In this document: in pieces, positions 50,106 to 63,432 of the stretch
How the letters are laid out: each line of letters begins with the position of its first letter
How positions within the stretch are numbered: the stretch's first letter is position 1
Assembly (NCBI GenBank): GCA_963693365.1
Contig: CAVNZM010000004.1
Coordinates: 1,198,448 to 1,262,447 of the forward strand
Reading direction: 5' to 3'
Length of the DNA stretch: 64,000 nucleotides
Source: Amoebidium appalachense
Lineage: Eukaryota > Protista > Ichthyosporea
Position numbers and translations under genes: made by a program
The notes under the pieces: model-generated
Databases searched by the model: none
Told to the model about the DNA's origin: nothing
Seen by the model: only the letters and a program-made list of their open reading frames with translations

Positions 50106-50369
50106 CCAACCCACCCGCAGCAATCAACTTCGTCGATGCCACCACCTTCCCTGCCGCCAAGGGATACCGCTGCATTGATGACCAGCCTGCCGGCAACCTC
50201 ATCAAACCATACACAGATCAGCCCTCGGCAGATGCCTGCCAGACAAGGTGCCGTGAAACGGCCGGCTGTGGATTCTACACCTACTACCCCGGGTCCAAAT
50301 GGTGCAACACGTACAAAACATGCAGCCGCCTGTTCACAGAGGGTGTGGATGTCACCGCCTACAAAATGT
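50106..50369 (+). CDS. Exon 3 (PAN module 3)
   Basis: Copy of exon 2 exactly 840 bp downstream. Confidence 0.8.
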
Positions 50370-50937
50370 GTAAGTACTTTTCCTGACTCCCAGTGATCTA
50401 GGCTACAGTAAACTGCCCTAAACGGTTGGCGCGTTAAATCGACCCAGTGATCTAGGCTACTGTAAACTGCCCTAAACGGCTGGCGCGTTAAATCGGCTCT
50501 ATGTTGTCGGCTAGGCATAGCAGGAACACTTGGCACTTCGTTCGATATAATATTCCTAAATTCGAAATCAGATGGGCATCTCCTTTCGTCCTCTTGTCCT
50601 GTAAGTGCATATCATACATCGTACACGATACCAACACCATATCCCGGTGTTCAGCTTGTCAACATCCCCCCCCCCCCCCTCCCCCTCCTCCCCCTCCCCC
50701 TCCCCTCAAACACAAACACCCTGTGAAGTCTTATCACGAGTTGTGTAGTCTGGTATTGGTCGTTGTGGGATAACTGCCACTTCCCGATGATACATACAGC
50801 CAAAATATTTGGCTGCAGGAGGGCCTGACTGCCGCAAGCTTCAAGCCGGCCACCAATACCATGACAATGAGACATGGGGTGACTTCATACTGTCGAAAGC
50901 ATTTTTAACCAACCAACCCCCCCACCACCCCCAGCAG

Positions 50938-51201
50938 CCAACCCACCCGCAGCAATCAACTTCGTTGATGCCACCACCTTCCCTGCCCCCAAGGGATACC
51001 GCTGCATTGATGACCAGCCTGCCGGCAACCTCATCAAACCATACACAGATCAGCCCTCGGCAGATGCCTGCCAGACAAGGTGCCGTGAAACGGCCGGCTG
51101 TGGATTCTACACCTACTACCCCGGGTCCAAATGGTGCAACACGTACAAAACATGCAGCCGCCTGTTCACAGAGGGTGTGGATGTCACCGCCTACAAAATG
51201 C
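50938..51201 (+). CDS. Exon 4 (PAN module 4)
   Basis: CAGCAG acceptor, 264 nt, donor C|GTAAGT. Confidence 0.82.
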
Positions 51202-51956
51202 GTAAGTACTCTTCCTGACTCCCAGTGATCTAGGCTACAGTAAACTGCCCTAAACGGCTGGCGCGTTAAATCGGCTCTATGTTGCCGGCTAGGCATAGCA
51301 GGAACAGTTGGCACTTCGTTCGATATAATATTCCTAAATTCGAAATCAGATGGGCATCTCCTTTCGTCCTCTTGTCCTGGAAGTGCATATCATACATCGT
51401 ACACGATACCAACACCATATCCCGGTGTTCAGCTTGTCAACCCCCCCTCCCCCTCCCCTCCTTCCCCTCCCCTCAAACACAAACACAAACACGCTGTGAA
51501 GTCTTGTCACGAGTTGTGTAGTCTGGTATTGGTCGTTGTGGGATAACCGCCACTTCCCGATGATATATGCAGCCAAAAGTTTTGGCTACATGTATACAAA
51601 ATGCGTAAGCACTTTTCCTGACTCCCAGTAATCTAGGCTACAGCAAACTGCTTTAAACGGCCAGCGTGTCAAATCGGTTCAATGTTGTCGGCCAGGCGTA
51701 GCAGGAATGTTTGGAATACATTGCAATGCACATGCTTAGTCAGGATGAAGGTGTAGTCTCTTTGCAAATTATTATGGCTCGCCTTATAAGTTATTGGTCG
51801 CCACTCGTACATGATACAAAAGTAGGCCTATTTCCTTCACATTTCCTATGCGTTCAATGTAGCTTTGAGGGACTGAGTCTAAGTGCAGGTTTATTTTCCA
51901 GGAAAGTCATAAGCTTGTAAGCCACGGGGTAGAAAACTTAATCCATACACCCACAG

Positions 51957-52835
51957 CTGCAGGCGATGAGCCGGCCGATGGAACCATGACCATTGTGATT
52001 CTCGATGCCAGCGGCAAGCCCGTACCCAACCTGCCGGTCCAGATCATCGATGATGTCACCGGCAAGGTCATCGTCAAGCCCACCACCGATGCCAACGGCA
52101 AAATCACAATCACCGTCCCGCCCGGCAAGTACTCCGTTGTGCCCGTGTGGCCCCCCAACAAGCGCCCCCCTGCACCCAACGACAAGTTCACCATCGTGGT
52201 GGGGTCTGGGCAGAACAAATTATTCACTCAGACCTTCAGCATCCCGGAGGAGAACGGTTCGATGACAATTGTGATCAAGGGCCCGGACGACACACCGTTG
52301 GCAGATACGGACGTTGAAATTTTTGACGAAGACAACAACCTTGTGGACGTGCAGACCACCGACGCAGACGGCAAACTGACCATCGTAGTCAAGCCCGGCA
52401 AATACACCATTGTGCCCGTATATGCCAACGGCCAGAAGCCAGCCCCGCCCGACGACAAGTTCACTGTGGTCGTGGGCCCCGGCAAGAACCCAGACTTCAG
52501 CCAAACGGTGGTGATTCAGACCACCGGCCGCATCCAGGGCACCATTTTCAACGACCTGAACAAGAACAACAAGGTGGATGCAGGCGAGGGCATTGCAAAG
52601 TCCATTGTGAGTCTGCTGCAGGGCGGAGTCAAGCTCAGCCCCGACCAGCAAACCTCCGCCACCGGGCAGTATGCATTCACCAACCTTAAGCCGGGCACGT
52701 ACACGGTGGTGATTGCCAAGATCACAGGGTTCACACTGCCACCTGGTGCCGTCACAACAAAAGAAATCGTCGTGGCCTCTGGCAGCACATCCACGTTTGA
52801 CTTCCGCATTCTTGGCAACCCTACCCCCACCACAG
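51957..52835 (+). CDS. Exon 5 (two CnaB/prealbumin-like repeats plus SdrD B-like domain)
   Basis: TTDANGKITITVPPGKY and TTDADGKLTIVVKPGKY; GRIQGTIFNDLNKNNKVDAGEGI...GQYAFTNLKPGTYTV; CACAG acceptor, G|GTACAG donor. Confidence 0.85.
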
Positions 52836-53248
52836 GTACAGTATGGTGCTTCACATATTATTCCTTTCGCAAAACAGTGTCTTGTTCACCTTCAACATGC
52901 CATTGGCAAAACTTGGTTGGGCTGCAGGTTCCTGGTATGACCTAGGGCCTATCATCATACAACATGCCATTGGCAAAACTTGGTTGGGCTGCAGGTTCCT
53001 GGTATGACCTAGGGCCTATCATAGTGACTGTGAATTACACGCACGCAATTGCAAGTCACCACGGCCTGACATGGCCAAGTGCTCTGTTGGACGAGTATAT
53101 GGTGCGGGCACACACAAGTGCGTACACCAGCTTCAAGTGTACAGACCAGTAAGAACAAAGGGCAGAACGTTGCGCACGCTGACATGGAGACTTAAGACAT
53201 CGTCCAGTCGTAGAAGAGGTTGCTCACGCTCATGCTGCACACACACAG

Positions 53249-53536
53249 GCTCTGTGGCCGGCAAGGTGTACCTGGACAACGACAACACGCGGACGTTTGG
53301 TGCCGGGGACGAATTGATTCCCGGCATCCCCGTCAGCCTGGTCAGCTCGACGGGCAAGGTGGTCGGGTCGACCACCACCAGCGCCCAGGGGGCCTTCTCG
53401 TTCCCCACGGTGGCTGCTGGCAGCTACACGGTCAAGGCCGATCTGTCGTCACGTGATGACGTGGCCAGCCCCCAGGCGGAGGGCGCCATCACCGTGAGGG
53501 ACGGTGGCAAGATCACCCTAGACTTTGCCATCGAAG
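53249..53536 (+). CDS. Exon 6 (second SdrD B-like domain)
   Basis: GSVAGKVYLDNDNTRTFGAGDELIPGIPVSL...TTTSAQGAFSFPTVAAGSYTV; 288 nt; G|GTGCGT donor. Confidence 0.83.
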
Positions 53537-53892
53537 GTGCGTCTGGCCTGCCAAGGCATACTCTGCAATTGTCTTACGCCTCCCTCCCCCTCTACTTCCC
53601 CCCCCCCCCCCCCCCCCCCCAACACACACACACACACACACACACAGGCACGCGCACGCTCGTGCGCACACACACAGGCACACATACACACCCACACCCA
53701 AAACAACCACCACCACCACCATCACCATGCACTCGCAATCAGTGGCACTTCTCACTCACACTCACGCTCGCTCTCATTCGCCCACGACCACCACGAACTC
53801 ACACTCACGCTCGCTCTCATTCGCCCACGACCACCACGAACACTGTTACAGTAGAAGCTCGAAAAAGGGGTTGGGTTTTTTTTTTTTTTTTT

Positions 53893-53933
<41 letters not shown>

Positions 53934-54273
53934 CTTTAGCTCAAACTGTGTACCGTATGATTCAATCTGTTTTTACCCTTTTAGTCAAGAAGGTGCATGG
54001 ACGCGTGGCCGGACGGTTTCAAACTTTTTTTTTTTTCCTTTTTCGCGTGTGTGTGTGTGTGTGTATGCGTGCGCGCGTGGGAGAGGGGGGTGGGCCGGGC
54101 ACTTTTACTTGTCGAACGACTCCATTCCACGTCGGCTTCTCTTCCCTTTGAGTCCGTTGTTACCGCCAACGTAACGCAAAGTCCGCACCCCCTTTCAATG
54201 CTTATGCTTCTCTGTCATTCATTCATTCACTTGAAGCTCTCTGACTGACCGTTGCCTTCATACATTTGAGCAG

Positions 54274-54434
54274 TTGCTCCAAAGCAGCCGGATGAACCTT
54301 CCTTCGTGGACAACTTTGACGATTTTGCGGATTACGGCGATTTTGCGGATTACGGCAATGGAAATGGGAACGGCTATGGTAACGGCAACGGCAACAGCAA
54401 TGGCCAAGGATATGGCAATAGCGGGAAGTCTTAG
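54274..54434 (+). CDS. Exon 7 (acidic DFADYG repeat plus Gly/Asn/Tyr-rich tail, stop)
   Basis: Branch-like CTGAC at 54241-54249, CAG acceptor, phase-1 compatible; VAPKQPDEPSFVDNFDDFADYGDFADYGNGNGNGYGNGNGNSNGQGYGNSGKS*. Confidence 0.7.
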
Positions 54435-55257
54435 TAGAATACGGTAAGTATAGTCTCGCATGACGTAGGAGCATACTACTACAGTAGAGCTCAAGGCACC
54501 GATTCAGAAACCACCGAGTCTCAGATCTACATGCTAGCTGCTCGGCATAGAGAGGTCTGTCATGTTAAAAACTTTGAAATAAACATTTCACGGCAACAAC
54601 TAAGCATAGGTCCCCAGCAATCATTTCTTTTTTACATGGTATCTTCCGGGACCTGTTTCCACAATAATAATTTGGTTACTGAGTTTGGTGTTGCATCCTT
54701 TATATAATGAGAATGCCATTGTGGTGTCATAAACAGTGGTATGCTACCTGTGGGTGCCACGGACTGCCGGGTGTGTGCAGTTTGCATACTGGATGTATTG
54801 ATTGTCATTGGATTAGAAGTTTTTTATTTAGTGACGGACTTATTGCTTTAATATATACGTATAATATATGATGGTGGTGATATGTCATGGCATCTGATGG
54901 GACATGGCATCTGATGGGTCCCGCACCATAAGGATCGTCCCAAATGTATGTCCGATCCTCCTCCCCCCCCCCCCCCCGGCCCCCCCAAACCCCCGCTGTT
55001 TTTGGAATTCAAGGGGTCTCGGGATATAACATCATTCTTAGAAGGCTCCCTATATTATATCTAGATCTACTCGTGCTATATCATGTGATGCATTAGGAGC
55101 TGCCACGTAACACTATTTTTCGACAACGGAGCCTCCCAGGAGTCTCTTTCCATCTATGCCACTGCCCCCTCCCCCTTCCCCCGCTAGCTCGAGGCACATT
55201 CTTTGAACTCTGAGCTTTTTCTTAGTTACTAATTAGATTTTAGGATCGCTCTCGCAG

Positions 55258-55386
55258 CTAATTCTCTCTCTCTGAGCTAAAGAGAGGGAATGATGAGTCA
55301 TTCCCTCTCTTTAGCTCAGAGAGAGTTTTTCTGTCTCCGAGGTCTCGGGTCCATATAATATCCCTCTTCCCCCGAGTCCCTCTCAC

Positions 55387-55426
<40 letters not shown>

Positions 55427-55456
55427 CATCTCTCTCCCTCCATCTCTCTCACTCCA

Positions 55457-55492
<36 letters not shown>

Positions 55493-55503
55493 CCTCTCTC
55501 CGA

Positions 55504-55546
<43 letters not shown>

Positions 55547-56499
55547 TTACCTCTCTCTCTCTCTCTCTGAGAGCCTCTCTCTCCCCATTCCCTCCCTCCT
55601 TCTTAACCCCCCCCCCCCCCCCCGTCTCTTTGTCTCCCCCCCAGGAGGGGCCTCTCTCTCTCCCCCTCTCAGTGATAGATAAATGGTCCTCTCTCTCCTC
55701 AGTGGGTCTATCTCTCTCTCTCACCCTGGCTCTGTGATTCCCTCTCTAGATCTTTGGATCTAGATGTCTCTCTGTACAGGGGGTGACTCAAATTAAGATA
55801 ATTTGAAATTAAGATAAATAGTGCTATTTTATTTTTAAAAGAATAAGAGAATAGGGTCTACCAAACCTGGTGGATATTTAAGATCATTGCCGTGGTGGTG
55901 GTGGGGGGGGGGGGGGGGGGGGGGGGGAGGGATGGGGGGATGTTTACACAGAACCTGGAGGCGGCCGGTTAATATATAGAGACAATGATATTGTCGGCTT
56001 ATGAGAAGGATAATGATTGCTAACGCTAAACCCTCTCACCGCCCTGGTTGTCTTCACCTCTAACTGAGTGTTCCACTTGGGGGTTGGGGAGTGGGGGTGT
56101 TGATGGGTGGGGGGGAAATCAGTGACCCACTAACTGTTTGAAAGGGTGTGGGGGGGGGGGGGGGGGGGAGGGGGGCGCCACCCATATCAAAAAGGAGCCT
56201 CCCCTACACCCCCCCCCCCCTCCCCCCCCCCCCCCCCGGAGGGCCCCCCATACACACACACACAGTCCCCCCTCACCCCCCCCGGCCCCCCCCCCCCCCC
56301 CCCCGAGGGCCCCAAGGAAGGCATCCACGAACCCACCAATGACTGATTTTGGTCACTAATACATATGTTGGACACAGATATCGCTATTAGCAAGCTTTAC
56401 AGTTTGTATCCATCTTTCAAGGTAAGGCTACATGTGTCCGGCCTATAGAACTAGCCCTTGTCCCTCATCCCTCGAGCTCCCCCCCGCTCCTCCGAATCC

Positions 56500-56530
<31 letters not shown>

Positions 56531-56844
56531 AAAATTAAAATAAAAATAAAAATAATGAATGCGGGGAGCGCAGGGAGGGGGTGGAGGGTTTTCAATATTT
56601 ACCACTAGCTTTCCGATGCAATCGAGAGTCAAAAGAATAAGGCTCTTAGCGCAACTCACGGACGAAACTGATCGATATGGACTTGACAAATATATTCTCG
56701 AGGTGATGCACACACATAGTATCCGAATGCAGAAGCACATGCAAACACACAAAACACACACACACATGTGCGTACGCGCAAACGGCGCACGCTTGCACGC
56801 ACGCACACACAAAGCACAACACACATGCACAGCAAGAGAGAGGG

Positions 56845-56885
<41 letters not shown>

Positions 56886-56911
56886 GGGAGAGAGAGAGAT
56901 CTTAAAACAGA

Positions 56912-56943
<32 letters not shown>

Positions 56944-57255
56944 GAGGGAGGGAGGGAGGGGGAGGGGGGAGAGAGAGAGAGAGAGAGAGAGAGAGATGTA
57001 CATATGGCATCATACTCACGCCCCACGCGCCGTCGCGCAAGTTGCAGCATGCCCAGACACACACGAACGCATTCGTGCACACGTACGCGTGGACGTGTGC
57101 ATACACATCGACTAAATTCGTACACAAGCACATCCATATATCATAATGCATACAAATACATGCAGCACGTACGCCTGCGCATACACACACACATACACAC
57201 ACCAACCCTCCACATGCACACACGTGCACACACACACACACACACGCCCCCCCCC

Positions 57256-57290
<35 letters not shown>

Positions 57291-57312
57291 CCGCCATGCC
57301 ACATACACACAA

Positions 57313-57370
<58 letters not shown>

Positions 57371-57582
57371 GCACGCACGCCGCACGCACGTGCGTTAGCA
57401 AGTGCGCCTTGTGTGCACACATATGCGGTTTGGAAGATGTACATGTGCAGCCAGCTGCCAGAACCAGCATTGATTCGACTTTTTTGTGTGTAAGATCAGT
57501 GTTCGAAGTCTTGTTTGAGATGACAGGGGCCCTTTTAAATGAGCTATATTAGCATAGTCGGCCTTTTTCATAAGAATGGAAG

Positions 57583-57618
<36 letters not shown>

Positions 57619-57774
57619 CCCTTCCCCTCCCCGTGCGGACACAACCCACCCCAAGTAAATTTTAAGATCATTTAGGCTATGGTCCCTGAAAAATTAAGAT
57701 AATTAGCCCCTATTTCCAAAGTACCCATGATCTTAATTTCAGTCACCCCCTGTAATACTTATTGAGGCCTAAAG

Positions 57775-57848
<74 letters not shown>

Positions 57849-57858
57849 ACCCCTTGAC

Positions 57859-57906
<48 letters not shown>

Positions 57907-58567
57907 TCTCTCTCTCTCTCTCTCTCCCCCCCCCCTCCCCCCCCCTCCCCCCTCTCCAGAACGCTCTCTCTCGATCTCTCAAACTCTCGAGCTCTCTATT
58001 GATCACCATTATCCCTCCCCCCCCCTCCCCCCCCCCCCTCCCCCCCCCCCCCCCCCCCCCCTCTCTCTCTTTCTCACTCGCCTCAGGCCCAGTCCGACAA
58101 ATCAGGTCCTCTCCAATCTCTCCCTCTCCCTCTCCTTTCGACGAGTCTTTCTTTCCGAACCCTCACTCTTTTTCCGCCTCTATCTCCATCCCTCCCTACC
58201 TCTCCTGTCTCTTATGAAATTATCTCCCACCGAGATCTCCAGCCCTCCCCAGGCCTCCGACCGTCTCTCTCCCTCTCTCATGATCCGTCTCTGGTCTCGA
58301 GCTCTCGAGATCATCATCATCAGTCTTGTCTTCCTCTCACAGAGACTCTCTCTTTCGAAGGCTTTCCCTCTCTTCTCCTTCAAAATCTGTTTCCCCCTCC
58401 CCCCCCCACCCCCACCCCCCTCCCCACCCACTGTTCAGTCGCGATCGACTGAGCCCTTTCTCTCTTTGTTTAGCACTATGTACTATGTATTAGAGAGAGC
58501 CTCTGACTCTCGAGCTCCGAGTCTCCTCCCCCTCCCGCAGCCCCTAAGAGTCTTAGGCCTCCCCCCA

Positions 58568-58652
<85 letters not shown>

Positions 58653-58760
58653 CGAACACAAGCAAGCACACATGCGCACAAACACACACACACTTGAAGC
58701 ACACAAGCTTGCGCACACACAAGCACACCACCCCTCGAGCCTCGCAGGCCCTAGACTAGC
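55258..58760. repeat. (CT)n/(CA)n/poly-C low-complexity region
   Basis: Seen directly. Confidence 0.85.
55777..57752. mobile_element. Non-autonomous Tc1/mariner-like TIR element
   Basis: 23-bp TIR CAGGGGGTGACT(C/G)AAATTAAGAT with one mismatch; TA on both sides (55775-55776, 57753-57754); subterminal AATTAAGATA copies; no transposase. Confidence 0.8.
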
Positions 58761-59044
58761 TATGTAGGCCTGCCTCGGCGGATAACTCCCTTGGTCCCGG
58801 GGGGGGGGGGGGGGGGGGGGTAACCCCCCAAAATTATCTTCGTATTAACATTTTTATGATTAACTTAATGATTTGTGATCCCATACCCCCCCACCCCCTC
58901 CCCCCACACCCCTACCCTCTCTCCCTTCCCTTCCTCCCCACAACACACACATGCGTCGAAGACAAGTAGCCTCGACGCGTGCGCGCGCGCGCGCGCGCGC
59001 GCGCGTGTGTTTGTGTGTGTGTGTGTGCGTGTGTGTGTGTGCGC

Positions 59045-59345
59045 GTGTGTGTACAGTAGAAGCGTGGTAACAGCTAGGTCACCAATACCTTCAGCTAGAG
59101 CAAGACCAATTCTACAGGAAGGCAATACGTTTTTAGATGTTACACATGCGATTGCCATATTTGGCAATATGATTAAGGTGGTCCGATGACTAAATACATA
59201 TGAAACGAGACAAAGGCTTAGTTTTTCAAGGTGTCTGCTTGCATCAAGTCTAGTGTCCTGTGGCAATTTTTTTCTATTGTTATTTTGTGTGATTTTTTTG
59301 TGATTATGTACATGTCTAATAAGTAGGTGGCAGTCCCAAGTCACA
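59045..59345 (-). mobile_element. Old LINE-L 3' coding fragment
   Basis: WDCHLLIRHVHNHKKITQ...HLEKLSL similar to the family-L C-terminus. Confidence 0.75.
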
Positions 59346-60357
59346 CCCACCTCACAGCTCCACCTGAATACGTCAGACCCCCCTCACCGAACAGGGGAAA
59401 CCTGTCGCTGGGTGGGTGCTTGTGTGTGTGTGTGTGTGTGTGTGTCCTTGTGTGTGTGTGCGTGTGTCTTTGTGTGTCTGTGTGTGTTTGTGTGTGTGTG
59501 TATGTGTGTGTGTGTGGGTGTGTGTGGGTGCGTGCGTGCCTGTGTGACACCTGACGTCTTGATATCATTGGGTTAGCGAGTACCATGAGTAGAGATTTGC
59601 CTTTTTTGGATAATGACCTCAACACCCCTCTCATCGGTGCTTTCGAAAAAGGGAAAACACGGTTAGATTAGTTGAAAGGGGAGGGGGGGGGGGGGGGGGG
59701 GGGAAGGGGGGAAGGGGGGGGGGGAGGGGGGGGGGGGGGGGGGGAGGGGCGATTTCGCCGATTTTCTCAGCAGCCCAATTAAGGAAAACTCTGGCACGTA
59801 CTGACTGTGCCCTCTAGCCTATGTACGATAAATCGACGCTGGCTGTCACGTGATCAGTCGCTCTCCGTATCGTCCGCGTCTCCTTGAAAAATAAGAGCTA
59901 CCTCAGAAGGTAGCAGGAAAAAACTGCTTAAAAAGGGCACTTTGTCATGAGTGCTTTCGAAAAAGACATACAAGGTTAGATTAAGCTTAGTGCCGGGGCT
60001 AGGAATAGGAGGAAAAGTCAGTCTCTGCAAGTAGCCTCATTCTTGGTGGCGGGAGACGTCTTCCGGCCGACTCCCCTCACCTCGAGTTGATTACTCGCTG
60101 GAAACAGCCGCCCCTGCCATTCTCTTCCCCGCTCCTCCCCTCACACTCACACTGGATTTGTAGGGTGGTAATTTACGCCCAAGCGACACCTCCATAGTGT
60201 GCCGCCCAACCAAAGGAAGAGAGCTGAAGTGGCCTTATATGATCATGTACGACGATATGTAGGCAGGACAGAGGGCCAATGCCCATATATGGCAGGTAGG
60301 AAAGACATGAAAAGTCCCATGACTGGGGGGGGGGGGGGGGGGTTTGCAATTGTGTTG

Positions 60358-60578
60358 AAGGGGTTTGTGCTGTTTACTCGAGGCAGACAGAGACCAGTTT
60401 CCAGTTTCAGGTAAGGGGCCTTTTGCTTGGTATATCCCCTCAGCGCTATATCATGATCAGGTACATGGAAGGCGAGTAGTTGGTCCCCCCCCCCTCCCCC
60501 CCCCCCCCCCCCCTCCCTCCCCTTGTTTTTATCCCCCTTCTATTTCTTCGCCGGGGCTGGGTCACTTGGTATCAGCTG

Positions 60579-60667
<89 letters not shown>

Positions 60668-60885
60668 CTAGCGTTTCGTGTTGCCATGTTGCTCGAGCCA
60701 ACCAATACATCTAATATAGAGATTATAACCACGTGTGTTTAACAAAAAATTAGGATGTTGCCATTTTCGAGCCGCTGGGTGTCTGTGAATGTGTGGTGTG
60801 TGTGCTGCGGTATAAGGTGGTATATCAATCTCCATTTAGCAATAAATGACCGTTCAAATTTGTCATGTATGTGTTGTTTAAGCTA
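60358..60885 (-). mobile_element. Old LINE-L 3' end
   Basis: GGGGTTTGTGCTGTTTACTCGAGGC...GGTATCAGCTGG-(TG)n matches the family-L tail. Confidence 0.75.
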
Positions 60886-61049
60886 CCCCCCCCCCCCCCC
60901 CCCCCCCCCCCCCGCCCAAAAAAAAACAAAAAACCAAACAAAGAAACAAAAAAGATAAATACACTAAATAAATAAAAGAATAATTTAAAAACTGTCAACA
61001 CACAAAGAAGGCACACATGCACACACACACACACACATGCACACACGCG

Positions 61050-61096
<47 letters not shown>

Positions 61097-61264
61097 GTAC
61101 ACACACCACACGCGCGCATGCGCACAAACACACACATAGACGCTCGCGCGCACACACACACACACGCGCGCACACGTTCCCCCTAACCCTCTTTCCCCCC
61201 CCCCCCCTTCCTCCCCCCCCCCCCCCCCCCCCCCCCCCTTCTCTTCCCACATTCAAAAACCCGG

Positions 61265-62880
61265 TGTAAACAACTGTACACATGAACTGTACATGTTTAC
61301 TAAAGAATGTGATCTACTAGCACACGATTCGTGCTTTGTCATGAATATCACATAAATATTATGTCCGCACCAATAGGACTCACTCTGACCTAAGAATTGA
61401 ACCATATATGGTTCTTCAGCTGCATACCACATAAACGAAGTGAACCAATAAGAGGTTTGCATAAATAGGACAAAGGTCTGACTGGCTCGGACCGCACCAG
61501 AATCACGAATGGCATGTTGCCACCCGCGCTGGCCGCGGATGAACCAATCCTGGGCCTTGATCCGAAACCTGGGGGCTATATAAGAAAGCCGTCCCAGTAC
61601 GGGGATCACATCAGTGACGTCTGAGACAGACTGAGTCGGCCCATAGTAAAAGCAACCTGGCCGCGTGTGCCTTTCTACCCGTTCTCTGTCTTTATTTTGA
61701 TTCAGTTGTACTCTGCCTTATCCTAACTAGTCCAACTGTTTACATTGGCGACCGCGCAGTTCAAGAATCTCGCATCCTTCGAATCTCACATCTTTCAATC
61801 AGTTCAAGAATCTCACATCTTTCAATCAGCTCAAGAATCTCCCATGGCCGATCACAATCCTTTTTACCCCGATGATAGGCACATCTTTCCTTGTCCGGCT
61901 TAGAATATATACACCTACAAGTTTGAAGTGGCCAGCCCACCTACACGGAAAGAATTGAAAGCATGTAAAACTTCTTTTGCTACGACACATCAAAAATGTG
62001 AAGAAAAACGAATACACAACGAAACAACGAATACACGAACAAGCGAATAAAGAATTGCTAACGAAGCAATGAACCAACGAAAAACGAACCATCACGAATA
62101 CGCAATGAAATAAAGAATTAACGACAAACGATTGCATAGAGGAAATACGAAATGAATGCAACACGAAAACAAAACGAAGTAACGAAGTTATCAAACGACA
62201 AAAAACGAAAAACGAAAGCAAAATGAACTGGAAATACGAAAATGAAAGGACGAATGCACAACACTGCTAGGGTTGCAATGCACACAGCCCCCTCTATGTT
62301 AGGAAGAAAATAAAACCGTTGCTCTTGCGTGCATTGCGCTATTGCACACTGTCATCGTGTCCATGCCACCGCATGCACCTCCACACTCGCAAGCCAGATG
62401 CACGGCCACTTTCAGCACGAATGCATTTAAAGAAGAAGATAGTCGCTGTTCCTATAGCATTGAGGACATAAGGTGCTGTGAAAGTAGTTTTGCATGCATG
62501 CTTCGAATTTCTTGCTGTTTTCGAATACAGCATGCCCCATAGTTTAGCGCACAGGATGCACAACATGCGCATGAATGTATGCTGGCATGCCTAAACACAT
62601 TACGAACATATGCCTCATGTATGGCGGCCCTTCCTGGTGCCACGCCCTAACGAATTTGCACTCTTGGTGCACAAAAGGCATGTAATAAAGTCGATGCAGA
62701 ACTTTTGTTCATGCATGTGAAAAACAAAGAAGGTGTTGGGTACGAATTTTAAGGTGAATGCCCGTCTGTGGCAATACGGTGTAACATACCAATTACACTG
62801 TCAAGCCTTGCACTAGCTGCCGGCACACCCCCACCAGAACAAAAGAATGTGGTATGGGCACCGCTCCCTCACAACCCCAT
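61265..62880 (+). mobile_element. Second element C, 3'-truncated (5' LTR 61265-61744, PBS 61746-61756)
   Basis: Reverse complement of 12920-13399, 12562-12872 and ~3850-4683, without the copia A insertion. Confidence 0.9.
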
Positions 62881-63079
62881 CATATGGGCGCGTTGCGTGC
62901 GTTTTTAGGCTGAGTATATGTGTGTGTATTTGTGTGTATGTGTGGTGTGTATGAAGATGTGGGTGCCCGTCTCAACAGGGCGGAGGGGGAGGGGGGGGGG
63001 GGGTAGCATGTGTTGCAGAGTACACTTGCATTTTTATCTCCCTCTTTTAATCTTTGCCCAAGCTGCTCGAGAAAACTTG

Positions 63080-63382
63080 GAGAAAACACACACACATTCA
63101 CAGCCAACAGACAAGCACACGCACGCCGTGGTCCAAGACACACAAACACCCACACACGCATAATCTACACCATACGACAAACCGTTCACGCACGCACACA
63201 TGCAGGCACATACGCACGCACACACACATACACAACACACCCACACACCTCACACAACACAACAAGGCTGAGACAAGAATACACACACGCGCACATGCAT
63301 GACATTGTTAGACACATACACTGTGCTTAATACACGGCACCCTAACAAACACATGCACACACGCGCACGCTCGCGCGCGCGT

Positions 63383-63432
<50 letters not shown>

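Larger units (their letters stand above)
49065..51710. repeat. Tandem ~780-840-bp intron-exon units (three complete plus one exon-deleted remnant)
   Basis: Near-identical intron and exon sequence; remnant TACAAAATGCGTAAG at ~51595. Confidence 0.92.

Noticed and set aside
49092-51228. 154-aa and 139-aa ORFs (MWDNCHF..., MAAGGPD...) in the tandem units
   Set aside because: Wrong frame; the PAN-coding frame is entered through splice acceptors
52894-53022. ~65-bp tandem duplication in intron 5 (also 43-bp at ~53755-53840 and ~53-bp in the PAN introns)
   Set aside because: Ordinary local duplications with no evidence of function
53071-54174. 367-aa ORF as a stand-alone gene
   Set aside because: Only 53249-53536 is domain-like and is bounded by splice sites; the rest is intronic low-complexity read-through
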